Positions 10,212 through 21,944 of a DNA stretch of 64,000 bases are shown here, one piece after another (the first letter of the stretch is position 1; every line of letters begins with the position of its first letter). The notes under the pieces are model-generated. The model saw only the letters and a list, made by a program, of their open reading frames with translations, was not told the origin of the DNA and searched no databases. The stretch comes from Fistulifera solaris (taxonomy: Eukaryota). The stretch is from positions 806,001-870,000 of the forward strand of contig AP026144.1 in assembly GCA_030295235.1 (NCBI GenBank), read 5' to 3'. The translations under genes and the position numbers were made by a program.

Positions 10212-11982
10212 TTATGCATAAATTCGTTTCATTTCGTGATTGTGCGTTTGTTTGTTTGTTATGCATTGTAAGCGCCCAACTCGACGCTGGCGGCGTTTGG
10301 TCGACGGAACGATCTTGGCTTCCATGAGGTCCACACACGGCGCCTCCTCATTTTCCCAATCTTTTAAAGCTTCCAGTCGGATGGAAACTGCGGTCGCGGC
10401 CACATGCGTCACATCGTTGGGCTGTTCGAGAATATGTTCGACAGCTGCAATCATTTTCTCCTGCAACTCCCTTTTCGGAAGTAGAAAAGAGGACGTCTGG
10501 CTCGGATTCGCGGGAACTAAATGGTGCAAGGCAGCGAGGGCCTGTAAATGCACCGCCGTTTCCGAATCCAATTGAAGGGCCGTCACCAGACACGATCCTC
10601 CCTTGGAAATCCAAAATGCACGAACATGCTCCGGATTCCGCAAGGATGCACCCAAAATCGCCATCGCTTCGCAGGCTTTGGTGCGAAGTTCGTGCGGCCA
10701 GCTCCACTTGGTATCCGTTAAGGAAGCTAACCCATTTGCCAATCGCGTGATAATGTGTGCACTCATCTGATTGGAAAGGCCATTCTGGGTCATGGAACCC
10801 AAGGCAACGCACCATGAGGAGAGAAATTCAACCGCCCCCGATCGAAGCTGACGCTCCTCGTTGAGCGTTTTGGTAGCGTCCGTAACAAAGGTTTCATCGG
10901 CAAACTCTTTCAGTGCAAAATGCCGCATACAGTTCATGGCTGTGATAGCAATATCCCGGGTCAGCGCATCACGACGGTAGCGCATGCATACCGATAGAAA
11001 ATGAATCAGTAGCTTATTCTGAAGGAGTGGGCAGGAAATGTTCTCTTTCCGAGCCATGTCGAAACCTTTCTCCAAAGCACGTACACCGTAGCGGATGGAA
11101 AAATGAAGTTGCGTTCTGTCCACCACCGAGCACTGTTCCATTAATGCGAGTACTTGGACCAGGGGATGCAAAAAAGGTTGAATTTTGGCAAACCCTGACG
11201 CGGAATCCATGGAAATGAGATTGTTGACGGCCCAGCACGTGTCACAGCTGATCATGACGAGAGCAGCATCCTGAATCGTTTTGTGACTTAACTCCAGATT
11301 TCGAATACTAAAAAAAGGAAAGAAAGGAAAAAGAATGAGAACCTCTTGATTGCTCGGTTAATCACAAACCAGCGAATCAGGTAACTTACAGTCCCGTCAT
11401 CACGCGAGGTTTGCTCAACAGATACTCGCGAAAGTTCCCTTCGACCGCCAAATTGGCGATACATCCGACGGCACGCAAACGTATAGCTTTATTTGTAGCA
11501 TACAGGGTCGCGATTATTTTCTCCAGTGCATCATCGGAACTGACAATGAGACGAGAGTATTTACTGTACGCAATTTCCACAAAGATACCCACTGCTTTGA
11601 TTTGAATCTTTTCGCAAGTTCCGGGCGTCAAAAGACGGCAAAGCAAGTGAAAATGGTATTCCGTGATGGCTTCATAGAACAAGTTTGTTGCTTCCATGTC
11701 CTTCTCGTTGTTTGCTTGCACGAAAAGCGTTTTGAGGGAATCGACGGCTGCCAACAAATCGTCCTGGGTCCCGGTCTGAAGCAATTCACCGATTTGTACA
11801 AAGAGCTGATGAGCTTGTTCGGAAGGACTGTTTGCGCTCCAGCGAAGACGCGACACGGACGCTTTTGCCGCCGGTGATGACAGTTCGGAAAGGAGCGTGC
11901 TTTCGCGATGATTCTTTTTGATGACGAAGGCGTGCTTCGCCTGCAACTTCTTCTTGCGAAGTTGATAGCTCAACGCTTTCAT
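10212..11982 (-). CDS. Divergent importin-alpha-like ARM-repeat protein; intron 11308-11389
   Basis: Basic IBB-like N-terminus (LRKKK...IKKNHRE); ARM-like segments (AVGCIANLAVE, CWAVNNL). The GTAAGT...TAG intron joins ORFs 11386-12045 and 10212-11255 in frame. Confidence 0.65.
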
Positions 11983-14248
11983 TTTTCTCCCTCTCTCTTC
12001 TCGAACGATTAAATGTTGATTTGTAACAGAAAAGAGAAGCAACAAACAATGCGATTATTTGATTCTTGTTCTGTGCGCGTTGTTGTGGTCGCGTTTTGGC
12101 TTCTTGTCACGAATGAAGTGCATCGCTGAAACATCCTTCCAACCGCTCTGAACGCTCAAATAACGCTATTAATGTGTGGATAGTTAAGTAATAAGAACTA
12201 TACTTATTGTACGGTGTTTCGTTATTAAGGATATTTCGGATCCTATTATCGCTTGTAAATGGATACTACAGAGAGCATCGATCATGTCACAGTCAACTAT
12301 TCTGGTATAAGCTAATAAGCATTTGTGTCACGGAGTGACTGATTCTTCTGTCAAGGGGCACATGGACTTTGCATTGAATAAAATAATGAGAAAAAAATGA
12401 ATGAATGAAAGCCGATGTTTTCATAAAGAAACCATTAAAATTGCATCTTTGTTTTAAAGAAGAAACTGATTGAATAAAAGATTTTATCATGAACATGGAT
12501 ATTCGAAACAACAACTTCTGGAGAAAACACTTTACACATTTAGCTGGTCGGTTTCGAACGGATTTTGCTGTCGATTGCGTGGGAAAACCGTCGGTTCGTC
12601 GCCAACAGCCTTGTTAAATTATATGAGTATCGACGGGAAACACTCTCAAAGACGACTTTGCCTCAATGAGGCAATTATTGTTTCAATTGGGCGCATCATT
12701 TAAATGGTGCGGCACCAACAACGATGCGACGCGGGTATCACTGCTTTGTCTGTAAAAGGTGGCTCTTAGAAAGTACAAGTTTAAAAAAACACGTGGAAAA
12801 CAAGAGCTCGCGCCATGCTTTTTTGGGATATCGGCGACGCCATGTTGTGGGAAGACACGCTGAAGCAACGATCCCTAGCGCATTTCCCTCCACCATAGAC
12901 TTAGGATGTCATTCCTCTTCTGTGCCCGACTCTGTATTGTGAGCCCGGCGATATCAAAGAAAGTTTGCATCGGCCAGAATACCGGGAATTTTGTGCAGCA
13001 AAAGAGTTTGAGTGGGTCCCCGCAGCTTCTCTATCAGGCCCACTGGGAGAAATGAATACAACATGGGCCCTTTGTCATATCCCAACAGCTGCTGGTTTCG
13101 CTGCCATTCTATGACAGTCTCATTGCAGACAATGACGATGAAGAAGACGACTATTTTTTGCGCTTCTGACAACCCGATGATGCGTGGTGTCCAAATTTCC
13201 GAAAGGACGGATCCCAACCGTAAAAGAAGCAAGGTTGTAAAGGCTCTTCGTTCAGATGGTGGCAATGCTTCAAGTTACACGAATCTTCTGGACATGAGTG
13301 TGAAAGTGGACTAAGCGTTTATCGTGTGGACTCAAACACCGGCAGATGATGCGTAAAGAAAAAGAATCTGGGTTGTATGTTTGCGCTTGGTCACAGCTGG
13401 AAGACGGGTCAGGTGTATTCCACCTGCAGGGGCAGCGCTAAGGGTAAATTGAACCTTTCTATATTGCGGGGACTAAACTATTTTGGTGTAGATCTGGTTC
13501 TAACCGAGTTTTCGGAAACGAACATTTGGAGAAATTATCTCAGCCGAAATGGACTAGGGCCGAAAGCCCGTGCTCCTTGGAACAATAGGATCCACGTGTA
13601 TCTTTTTCGGCAATTCTGCCGATGCCTGTCACCTTGAACCCGGGAACCATTCCCAAAGCATTGGTGTATGGATCGAGTTGACGCCGAGAGGTTCAGAACA
13701 CTGTTTTGGTATCTGGTGTTTCCTTATGTTTCTCATCGTGGTAGCCGCGGCGTTGCCCTCAAACAAACGCACGGGATGGCGGTCAGCGGGATACTCGCAA
13801 TATCATCTACCATTCTACATCTTTCCCGACATGTCCAGATGGTCCCGAGGTTTGCGGCGGCATGTGGAGCAGTTTTGGAGCTATGATGAAAACGAATGCG
13901 GATGAGTACTGGTAGTCATTGTTATTTGTGAGTTGAGTACCTGGTACTGGTAACGAGCTCAATGGCGAAGATTCAGTTTTAGGCCTTTTCGCATATGGAT
14001 CTACTTTTTCTCTTATTCAAGGCCCTTTTGTTCATTCTTTCGCTTCGGTTTTGGCGTTCGTAGTGGCTTCCCCACGACTGACGTCTGTCATCTTACCGCC
14101 ATCGCCAGGCGTAAGACACAACCGAACGGAATGAAATGCGAACCTTGAAGACATTCGTTGCCTTGTTCATATAGAATCCTTTCCTTTTCCCTTCTTCCTT
14201 TCATAAAAACGCCAACGCACATTTCAAACAAACAAATCAACTACAACA

Positions 14249-16506
14249 ATGAAAGCAGACGACTTTATGAAATTGGACGCCATCTTCGCTCCCCGCAGCA
14301 TAGCGGTAGTCGGAGCCAGCTCGCAAGAAGGAAAAGTCGGAAATGCGATCTTCTCCAACTTATTGCACGGTCATTTCAACGGTGTGTTGTACCCCGTCAA
14401 TCCTTCCGCCAAACACATTATGTGCGTCAAAGCCTACAGCAGTATTCTGGACATTCCGGATCTAGTAGATTTGGCAATGATTATCTTGCCTCCGCAGCGG
14501 GCCTTACAAACGGTACAAGACGCTCTGGAAAAAGGTGTCAAGGGGATTGTGATTGTCTCCGCCGGCTTTCGAGAAGTCGGACCAGAAGGTCGTGCCTTGG
14601 AAGATCAAATCGTCGCATTGTGTCATGCGGCCGGCGTGCCGGTGGTCGGACCGAACTGTCTGGGCGTCATCAATCCCAAACACAGCATGAACGCTTCCTT
14701 CTCGACGCGATTGCCGAAAGCTGGAAACATTTCCTTCATTAGTCAGAGCGGTGCTCTGTGCACGGCCGTCTTGGACTTTGCGGCCGATCGTGATTTTGGA
14801 TTTTCGAAATTCATCAGTATCGGAAACAAAGCCGATGTGGATGAGCTCGACCTGTTGCGCTATCTTCATCAAGATCGAGATACGGAAGTGATTATGATTT
14901 ATCTGGAAGAATTACGTCGGGGTGGACTGGAGTTTATTGAAACAGTAAAACAGATCACGACGTACAGTGATCATCCGACACCCATTCTCGTCATCAAGTC
15001 GGGCAGAACTAGTGCCGGAGCTCTGGCAGCGTCCAGTCACACGGGTGCTATAGCTGGGTCGGAAGCCGTGTACGACTCAATTTTTGAGCAAGTAAGTATT
15101 GCAACTGCATGTTTTTTATATTGATCTATCATTGGTTAACTCATTTCTCCCTCATTTTGTTTTCATCCTAGGCTGGTATGATTCGCGTGGACAGCATTAA
15201 TGATTTATTTGATTTCGCCTCGTGCTTCACGATGAAAGACAGCCAAGGCCGCCGCAAAGTCCCTGCTGGTAACAAAGTTGCCATTGTCACCAACGCCGGT
15301 GGACCTGGTATTGTTGCCACAGACATGACAATATCTTCGGGCTTGGAGCTAGCAACCCTGAACGAAGAAACTGTGGAAACGCTGAAATCGCACCTTCCGG
15401 CGACGGCCAATTTTCACAACCCTGTTGACGTGATTGGTGATGCGGGATCCGATCGTTACGAGAACGCTTTAACGGCTGTGATTCACGACAACAACGTGGA
15501 TGGAGCTATTGTTATCTTGACCCCTCAAAGCATGACGAATGTATTGGAAACGGCCAAAAGTGTCGTGAGAATCAAACAGCGCACCACGAAACCGATCCTT
15601 TGTGTGTTTATGGGGATACTGGACGTCAGTGCCGGAGTCAAATATTTACAAGAGCATGGAGTTCCTGTTTTTAAGTTCCCAGAAAGTGCTGCCCGAGCCT
15701 TTGGGGCGCTTTCGTATTATGCCAAGTGGTTGGAGCGCCAGCATTTGGCGCAGTTTCCGCTGAAACACGACGAAGCAAAGGCCAAGGAAATCATTGAATC
15801 TTGTGTGGCACGCGGTCAGACCTACTTGGGTGAAATCGATGGACTGGATCTATTACGGTGCTATGGATTTCCTGTGTTAGAAACCAAATTGGCCACAAAC
15901 GCAGTCGAAGCCGCCGATCTCGCGGAAGCCATGGGATTTCCATCTGTCCTCAAGATTGTATCTCCTCAAATCATTCACAAGAGCGACGCTGGAGGTGTTA
16001 TGATCAAGCTGAAAAATCGCGAAGAAGTTATGGCTGGTTTCGAAGAGATTATTGCCAATGCCCAAAAGTACGATGAAAACGCTGATATTAAAGGTTGTCT
16101 GGTCACTACAATGGCTCCGAAAGGGCGTGAGCTCATCCTTGGGGCGAACCGCTATCCTATATTTGGTCCTCTGATTATGTTTGGATTTGGAGGTATCTTC
16201 GTCGAAGTTTTCAAAGACGTGGCATTCCGCTTGGCGCCCATCAAACGAAACGAAGCACGTCGTATGATGCACAAGATCAAGGCCTATCATCTCTTGAAAG
16301 AGTTTCGCGGCATCCCTGCTTCCGACACTGAGACTCTAGAGAGGTTACTTGTATCGTTGTCGGACATGGTGACAAATCATCCAGAGATTCAAGAGCTAGA
16401 TATCAATCCGCTCATGGTACATGGAGTGGGTCAAGGAGCCACCGTTGCGGACTGTCGAATCATCTTGAAAGCTCCGGAACAAAATGCACAAATTTCAAGA
16501 CTGTAA
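14249..16506 (+). CDS. ADP-forming acetate-CoA ligase (fused alpha-beta NDP-forming acyl-CoA synthetase), 725 aa; intron 15092-15171
   Basis: CoA-binding IAVVGAS, GPNCLG, SQSGAL, phospho-His SHTGAIAG, TNAGGPG, NPVD, ATP-grasp HKSDAGGV, GFGGIFVE, ELDINP. Clean GTAAGT...TAG intron gives EQ|AGMIRV. Confidence 0.93.
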
Positions 16507-16643
16507 AAACGCCATTTTTCTTTCCTCGGTCAGTAACATAAAATCAAGCATACTTTTTAAGCGAAATGAATGTCACGTGAAATGAAATGAAATTTACAAC
16601 AGTCTATGCTTTGTACTGAAAGGAACATTGAGATGTCACCCTA

Positions 16644-18161
16644 CTATACATTGACGGGGTCACCAAAGGCTGATGTATCTAGCAATTCTTCCTGGGAAAG
16701 CGTTACAACGGCGAACTGATCTCGCGATGTTCGAAACAAGCACATGCATGGCAAAACGCGAGGAATCATTCCGGTGAACATGGCACCACGAAGAGGCAAG
16801 TGCGTTTGTCGGGTACTGCGAGGTAATTCCAAATCGACGTGACGAGAATGCCATCCTGTGACCAATCCGGCAGAATCATCGTCTCCTCGCCCAGAACGAT
16901 TTCCTGCGGGCGCCCATTCACCCGCCGTGACCACGGCGCGACGGACGTTACCCGGGTTGGAATACTCCTCTGGAAACAAAACCAAAGCTTCCAAGTAGTT
17001 CCCCATATGCTGCATCGTCACATGTTCCGCTCGATCATGCAGCGAATAAGCAACACAAACACATGAAGGTTTCAGCTGAGAAAAGAACCAAGTTGTCAAG
17101 ATATCCTGCGTCGAAACGTAGCTTGGAGATCCATCGTTTTTGTGCTCCGCCAGTCGTCTTTGATAAGCTTCTTTTTGCTTTTGCACCCATTCCATATCGA
17201 CGTATCTTCTGTGCATAATGGGTTGCGGTTGGTCTTGGGAAAGCTGATGTCCAAAACAGAGCGTTCGAAAGATGCTGCCTTGACTGCGAAGAAAGAAATA
17301 CAAAAATTTTCCACGGGCGGCTCCCTTTAGTGCTGTCAAAGGATGTTTCTTGTAGGAATGATGACGATCGGCCCAGAGTGGTACAGTGGGAGCATTTGGT
17401 GCGAGCATTCCCCAAAGTTGGTACAACAAATTCGGCTCTCCAACCATATGCGTCACGCAGACCGTAACATAATAATCATAACATTTCGGCGAATAGACGA
17501 TACAAATCTTGACAAATGGTTTGTTGGTATTGAGAATCTTTGCCCCCACTTCCACCGATGTTTGTTGCGTTAGAACACGTTCCATATCACTAGGATTGTC
17601 GACACATATTTCGGAGAACAAGCGATCGACCGATAGCTCGTCGATCCATATGGACGGAATACCGTAATTTGTTTTCAAATAGCCACACAACCACGGATTG
17701 ACGAGTACCATTTGATAGACACGATGACGCAAATGTTTCAAAATGTAGGGCAAATCTTCCTTTGGATTGGAACAGTTGAACCTCGATTCCAATCCAGGAG
17801 ACAGATAGTGTCGAAGTACGACGGCTTCATTGAACAATAGAGGTATGTAGCGACCCCTTGTTGGTGTTTGCTTGTTCCAGAAGTAGTAACAAACAAGTAA
17901 AAGAGCTATTGTGAGAAGTAGATGCAATAAGAAAGTGGTGGGGTCCTTGAAAATCTGGTGCGAAGAAAGCATGCCGATCCACACAATCAGCCAGATTGGC
18001 GACGCGGTGCTTTGTGACACTGTTTTCCAATGGATCAGCCATCGTTTGCGACGGGATGTTCGTTTCAAAGCAGTGGCTGGTCGTATCATGTTACGTGCGT
18101 TTTTTGTGGGGTCGACCATTGATTTGTGGGGTTGGTTTGGAAGGAATGAATGAACGTGCAT
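16644..18161 (-). CDS. Membrane-anchored CoA-dependent (BAHD/transferase-like) acyltransferase homolog; start codon uncertain
   Basis: 505-aa ORF with two N-terminal hydrophobic segments, NPWLCG, HMVGE at the HxxxD position, YVSTQDILTTWFF and GNY motifs. Confidence 0.55.
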   Translation of the reverse strand: MHVHSFLPNQPHKSMVDPTKNARNMIRPATALKRTSRRKRWLIHWKTVSQSTASPIWLIVWIGMLSSHQIFKDPTTFLLHLLLTIALLLVCYYFWNKQTPTRGRYIPLLFNEAVVLRHYLSPGLESRFNCSNPKEDLPYILKHLRHRVYQMVLVNPWLCGYLKTNYGIPSIWIDELSVDRLFSEICVDNPSDMERVLTQQTSVEVGAKILNTNKPFVKICIVYSPKCYDYYVTVCVTHMVGEPNLLYQLWGMLAPNAPTVPLWADRHHSYKKHPLTALKGAARGKFLYFFLRSQGSIFRTLCFGHQLSQDQPQPIMHRRYVDMEWVQKQKEAYQRRLAEHKNDGSPSYVSTQDILTTWFFSQLKPSCVCVAYSLHDRAEHVTMQHMGNYLEALVLFPEEYSNPGNVRRAVVTAGEWAPAGNRSGRGDDDSAGLVTGWHSRHVDLELPRSTRQTHLPLRGAMFTGMIPRVLPCMCLFRTSRDQFAVVTLSQEELLDTSAFGDPVNV

Positions 18162-18702
18162 TGCGTGAAACTTGACACGAATGAATGAATGATTTCCGTG
18201 TGAAACGCCTTTGGAGTTAGACCTTCAATCTTCAATACAAAGTAAGTACACCGAATGTTGTGGCGATTTCCCCAACGCTTTTTTTATCTTATGTCTTTTC
18301 TATAAAATTGTTCGAAGGTTTCAACGAAATAAATCGAACACTAAGTGGAAATGTAACATTTGTGGTCGTTTCGTCGCAGAAAACACGAGCCGTGACACAA
18401 ATAGCGGATTGTACGGTCAACAAAAAAGTTAAATAACAGACTAAGGTTAGGGCTAGTTACTTGCGCTGACGACTTGCCGTCGCTCCTCCCTCTGTCTGGT
18501 TCGTTACTACGGAGTATAATATTTTGTGGTGCAAATAATAAATGTTCACGCCGACGACTTTTTTTTTGCGAGAGATCAACGATTGATGACAACAAAAGGA
18601 GAGGGAAAGCAACAAAGAGCAACGCGCCTCTCCAGTCTTCCTAATTTTTTCCTTTCCTTTCTATCAACTCATTCCGCTTCAAATACACATCCTCTTCTCA
18701 CA

Positions 18703-19518
18703 ATGCCCAAGAAAAATGTCCCCGAGGTCTCCAAAAGGTTTTACAAAAGCAAAAACAAAAAGCGATTGAAGATAAAACCTTTGGCTTGAAAAACAAAAGC
18801 AAATCTAAAAAAGTACAGCAACAAGTCGAGAGTATTCAGAAGAACATTATGAACTCTGGAGATCCCAAATTGCGCAAACTCGAAGAACAGCGCAAAAAGC
18901 ACAAGGAAGAAATGAAAGCCCGAAAAAAAGCCGCCAAGGAAGAGCAGGAAGCCCTCTTTGGAGCCGCCCTCTTGGCTGTACAAAAGAACAAACCGACGGG
19001 CGCCAAAATTGAAGCGAAAGGCCGTGATCACAACGATGACAATGCCCCGAAAAATTCGACGAGCCGTGCTATGAAATTAATGTACCAGATGGATGCCCAG
19101 GAAATGGCGGAAAAACTCAAACAGGACAATCCGGATTATGTACCCACTTTAGAGGATGAAATTGAACAGCAACGACAAGAAAAAGTAAAACAATTGCAAG
19201 GCAAGGGGACACCTGTGACCCCCGAAACATTTGCGGCGTGGAAAGAACGGAAACGAAAGCAAAAAGCCGAAGCCGTGCAAAAGACCGTCGAACAAGAATT
19301 CAAAAAGAAAAAAGGGAGGGAAAGGCTTGTCGATCTTGTCGGGACGTGACTTGTACGAGTACAAAAAGGAACTGTTTGTGGATCGTGAGGATGATGATAT
19401 TGTGAGCAGCAATAATGGTGTATCCGAAGCGAAAGTCGAGCAATTGGCGGAGCATGTAAATCAAGAGTTGTTTCTACAAGACGATGATGATTTGGACGAT
19501 TTAGAAGATGATGATTAA
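18703..19518 (+). CDS. Tma46/ZC3H15 (DFRP1)-like protein without CCCH fingers; frameshifts at 18733-18736 and 19314-19316
   Basis: IEDKTFGLKNKSKSKKVQ N-terminal signature; DFRP-like TLEDEIE...TPVTPETFAAWK...LSGRDLY; acidic tail. Confidence 0.8.
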
Positions 19519-19639
19519 AGAGAAAAAATAAAATGTTTAATGAAATGAAAAGACTACAAGGCGGTTCCCTTTTATCATATAAGGGTGTTTGGTAGCACAG
19601 TTTAGCTTATCATTGCTACTTTAGATATATCAATCATCC

Positions 19640-20233
19640 TCATTGAGTTTTTTCTCCCTTTTCTAAACCAGGGTGGATCCGATCCCACGCCGAGGGATAA
19701 TTCGATGAAGATGATGATGATGATTCACCACTCCCATCCAACTTCCGAAATTGGCGTTGCAAGACATCTAATTTTTCTGGATCAAAATCTCCCTGAATCG
19801 CCCTTTCCCGCAATTCTTTCTCGACCGCCACCATTTGTTCGTGCAATTCTTGTCGTGTCCACGGTGCTTCGGGTTTACGGACCGTATAGTCGTACCACGA
19901 AAAGCGAGAACGAAATTCGGGATCTTGCGCCATTTTCTTGCCGATTAGCGGAGTACAGGCAAACGCCACGAGAAAGAACGCGACAATCCCCAATTGCATC
20001 GTTCCCGTGGAGTCTGCTGTCGCCGGACCGTAATGAGCATTCTTGTTGGGTAATTTGCCTTGTCGGGCTAATTCGCGCGTGTAATGATACTGTTCCATGG
20101 TCGCATTCGCTTGACGCAAATAAGCTTGAACTTGTTCGGGTGTCGCATTTTCGGGTAATTTGGTAGGCCGGCTGGTCAGGCGGCGGATGCCGGTGATTCG
20201 ATTTCTACCAATGGATGTAATTCTCGATAACAT
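19640..20233 (-). CDS. Hypothetical mitochondrial single-pass membrane protein (197 aa)
   Basis: Arg-rich presequence MLSRITSIGRNRITGIRRLTS; TM segment LGIVAFFLVAFACTPLIG. Confidence 0.7.
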   Translation of the reverse strand: MLSRITSIGRNRITGIRRLTSRPTKLPENATPEQVQAYLRQANATMEQYHYTRELARQGKLPNKNAHYGPATADSTGTMQLGIVAFFLVAFACTPLIGKKMAQDPEFRSRFSWYDYTVRKPEAPWTRQELHEQMVAVEKELRERAIQGDFDPEKLDVLQRQFRKLDGSGESSSSSSSNYPSAWDRIHPGLEKGEKTQ

Positions 20234-20549
20234 GGTTCGTGAGTTAATAGAATATACACGGATAAAAGAAAAGCAATTTTCACTTTGTATGATGCAACAA
20301 CAGAATGCGTCTCAATACGATTTGAGTGAGTTGGAAAAGAGACTTCTTCATTCCTTTTCGGACGACTGACTGACCATGAAGCAAGGAAGAAAGCAAAAAA
20401 TTATAAGGAGATGTACTTGTACTGTACTCCGTATCTCCCAGTTGTGACCTACAAAGTATGTGACCGTACTTTGTATTGCAATGAACTTGTGAAAAAAGGC
20501 AACAAAATTACCGTGGTAGAATTATTAAAACGAAAGCAATCTGTCGTCA

Positions 20550-21944
20550 TTAACGCTCACAGATGTATCCTCCTTTCACGCCGTCGCGGGTGTACACGAC
20601 TTGAATCAAGCTCACGGAACCCGCATCGAAACAAGCGCGGCAAACTTGAAGATAATTGTTCCAGCAGCGCTTGAACTTTCCGCCAAAGTACGAGTCGTAT
20701 TTCGGCTTAAGTTCTGGCCACGCACGGTTGAAGTTATCGTTCCAAACCTTCAAAGTCTTGGCGTAGGAGTCTCCCATGTTGTGCATATCTTCCACACGGA
20801 ACATGGGATCGGCTTCGGTCACTAACTCGTACGTAAACGGCAACTCACCGCCGGGAAAGATGTACTTGTTCAACCAACCTCCGGCCCGGAGCATGCGGGT
20901 GGTACTGCACGTAATGGTATGCAAGAGCATGATGCCATCTTCTTTCAAGCAGCGGTCACAGACTTCAAAGTAGGCACGGAAATTGTGCGAACCGACCGCT
21001 TCGAAGAATCCTACGGAGAAGATGCGATCAAACTTTTCGTTCGCATTGCGGTAGTCTTCCACACGAATCTCAATGGGCAATCCTTTGGTGCGTTCACGAG
21101 CAATCTTGACTTGCTCGACGGAAATATTGTAACCGACCACCGAAACACCATAGTTTTCGGCCATGTATTTTGCCGCACCTCCAAACCCACAGCCAATCTC
21201 GAGTACTTTCAATCCCGGCTTGAGTTTGAGTTTCCGCGCAATCAAATCGAGTTTGGCAATCTGGGCATCTTTCAGGGTGCGGGTGTCTGGCTTCCAGTAC
21301 GCGCACGTATACGTCATGGTTTCATCCAAAAACGCCGCATAGAGATCATTTCCCAGGTCGTAGTGTTCTTCGGCCACACGCTTGCTCAATTTGACCGTTT
21401 GTTGGTTGCGCGCCACGTGATTCCATTCCCACAAGGGACCCATGGGATGACTGCGCATGGGTGCTTTGAGCAGAATGGCTTCCTGGACTTTGCTTTCATC
21501 AAAATCCGTCCACAAGCCGTCCTATGAAACGCTCAAGTTAGTGAAAGATAGGGTTACATATATAGTACACGAGAAGACACAAAAACAAAAGCATCTTTGC
21601 TTTTCATTCATTTCTAGTAGACGACGACGACGACGACAACAACAACAACAATGCCTCACCATGTACGTATCTCCCATAACATGCAACAACGGTCCGTCAC
21701 CTAAATGCTTGTAAAAGGCATCACTGTGAATCACCATCTCGGCCGTGTATTTGTTTTTATCAAACCCAAGGGCTTTGGGACCATTCGTCACAAGCACACC
21801 CAGTTTTTCCATTTTGGCTGTAAAGACCTTCTTGAGAAACGACACGGGCAATAGAAAGACGACGGTCCGAAAAACCGCGAGAGCGGCCGCAATCACCAAA
21901 CAAGATGTCCAGTACGCGACTTCGTGAGCAATGGTTTTGATCAT
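20550..21944 (-). CDS. cfa: Cyclopropane-fatty-acyl-phospholipid synthase (bacterial Cfa type) with N-terminal TM; intron 21522-21659
   Basis: Spliced GDTYM|DGLW; HYDLGNDLY, MTYTCAYW, VLEIGCGFGG (SAM-binding), SVGFFE, LLHTI, KYIFPGG, EDMHNMGDSYAKTL. Confidence 0.92.

Noticed and set aside
14249..21944. Bacterial contamination or chimeric contig
   Set aside because: Both prokaryote-like genes have canonical spliceosomal introns and are interleaved with eukaryotic genes.
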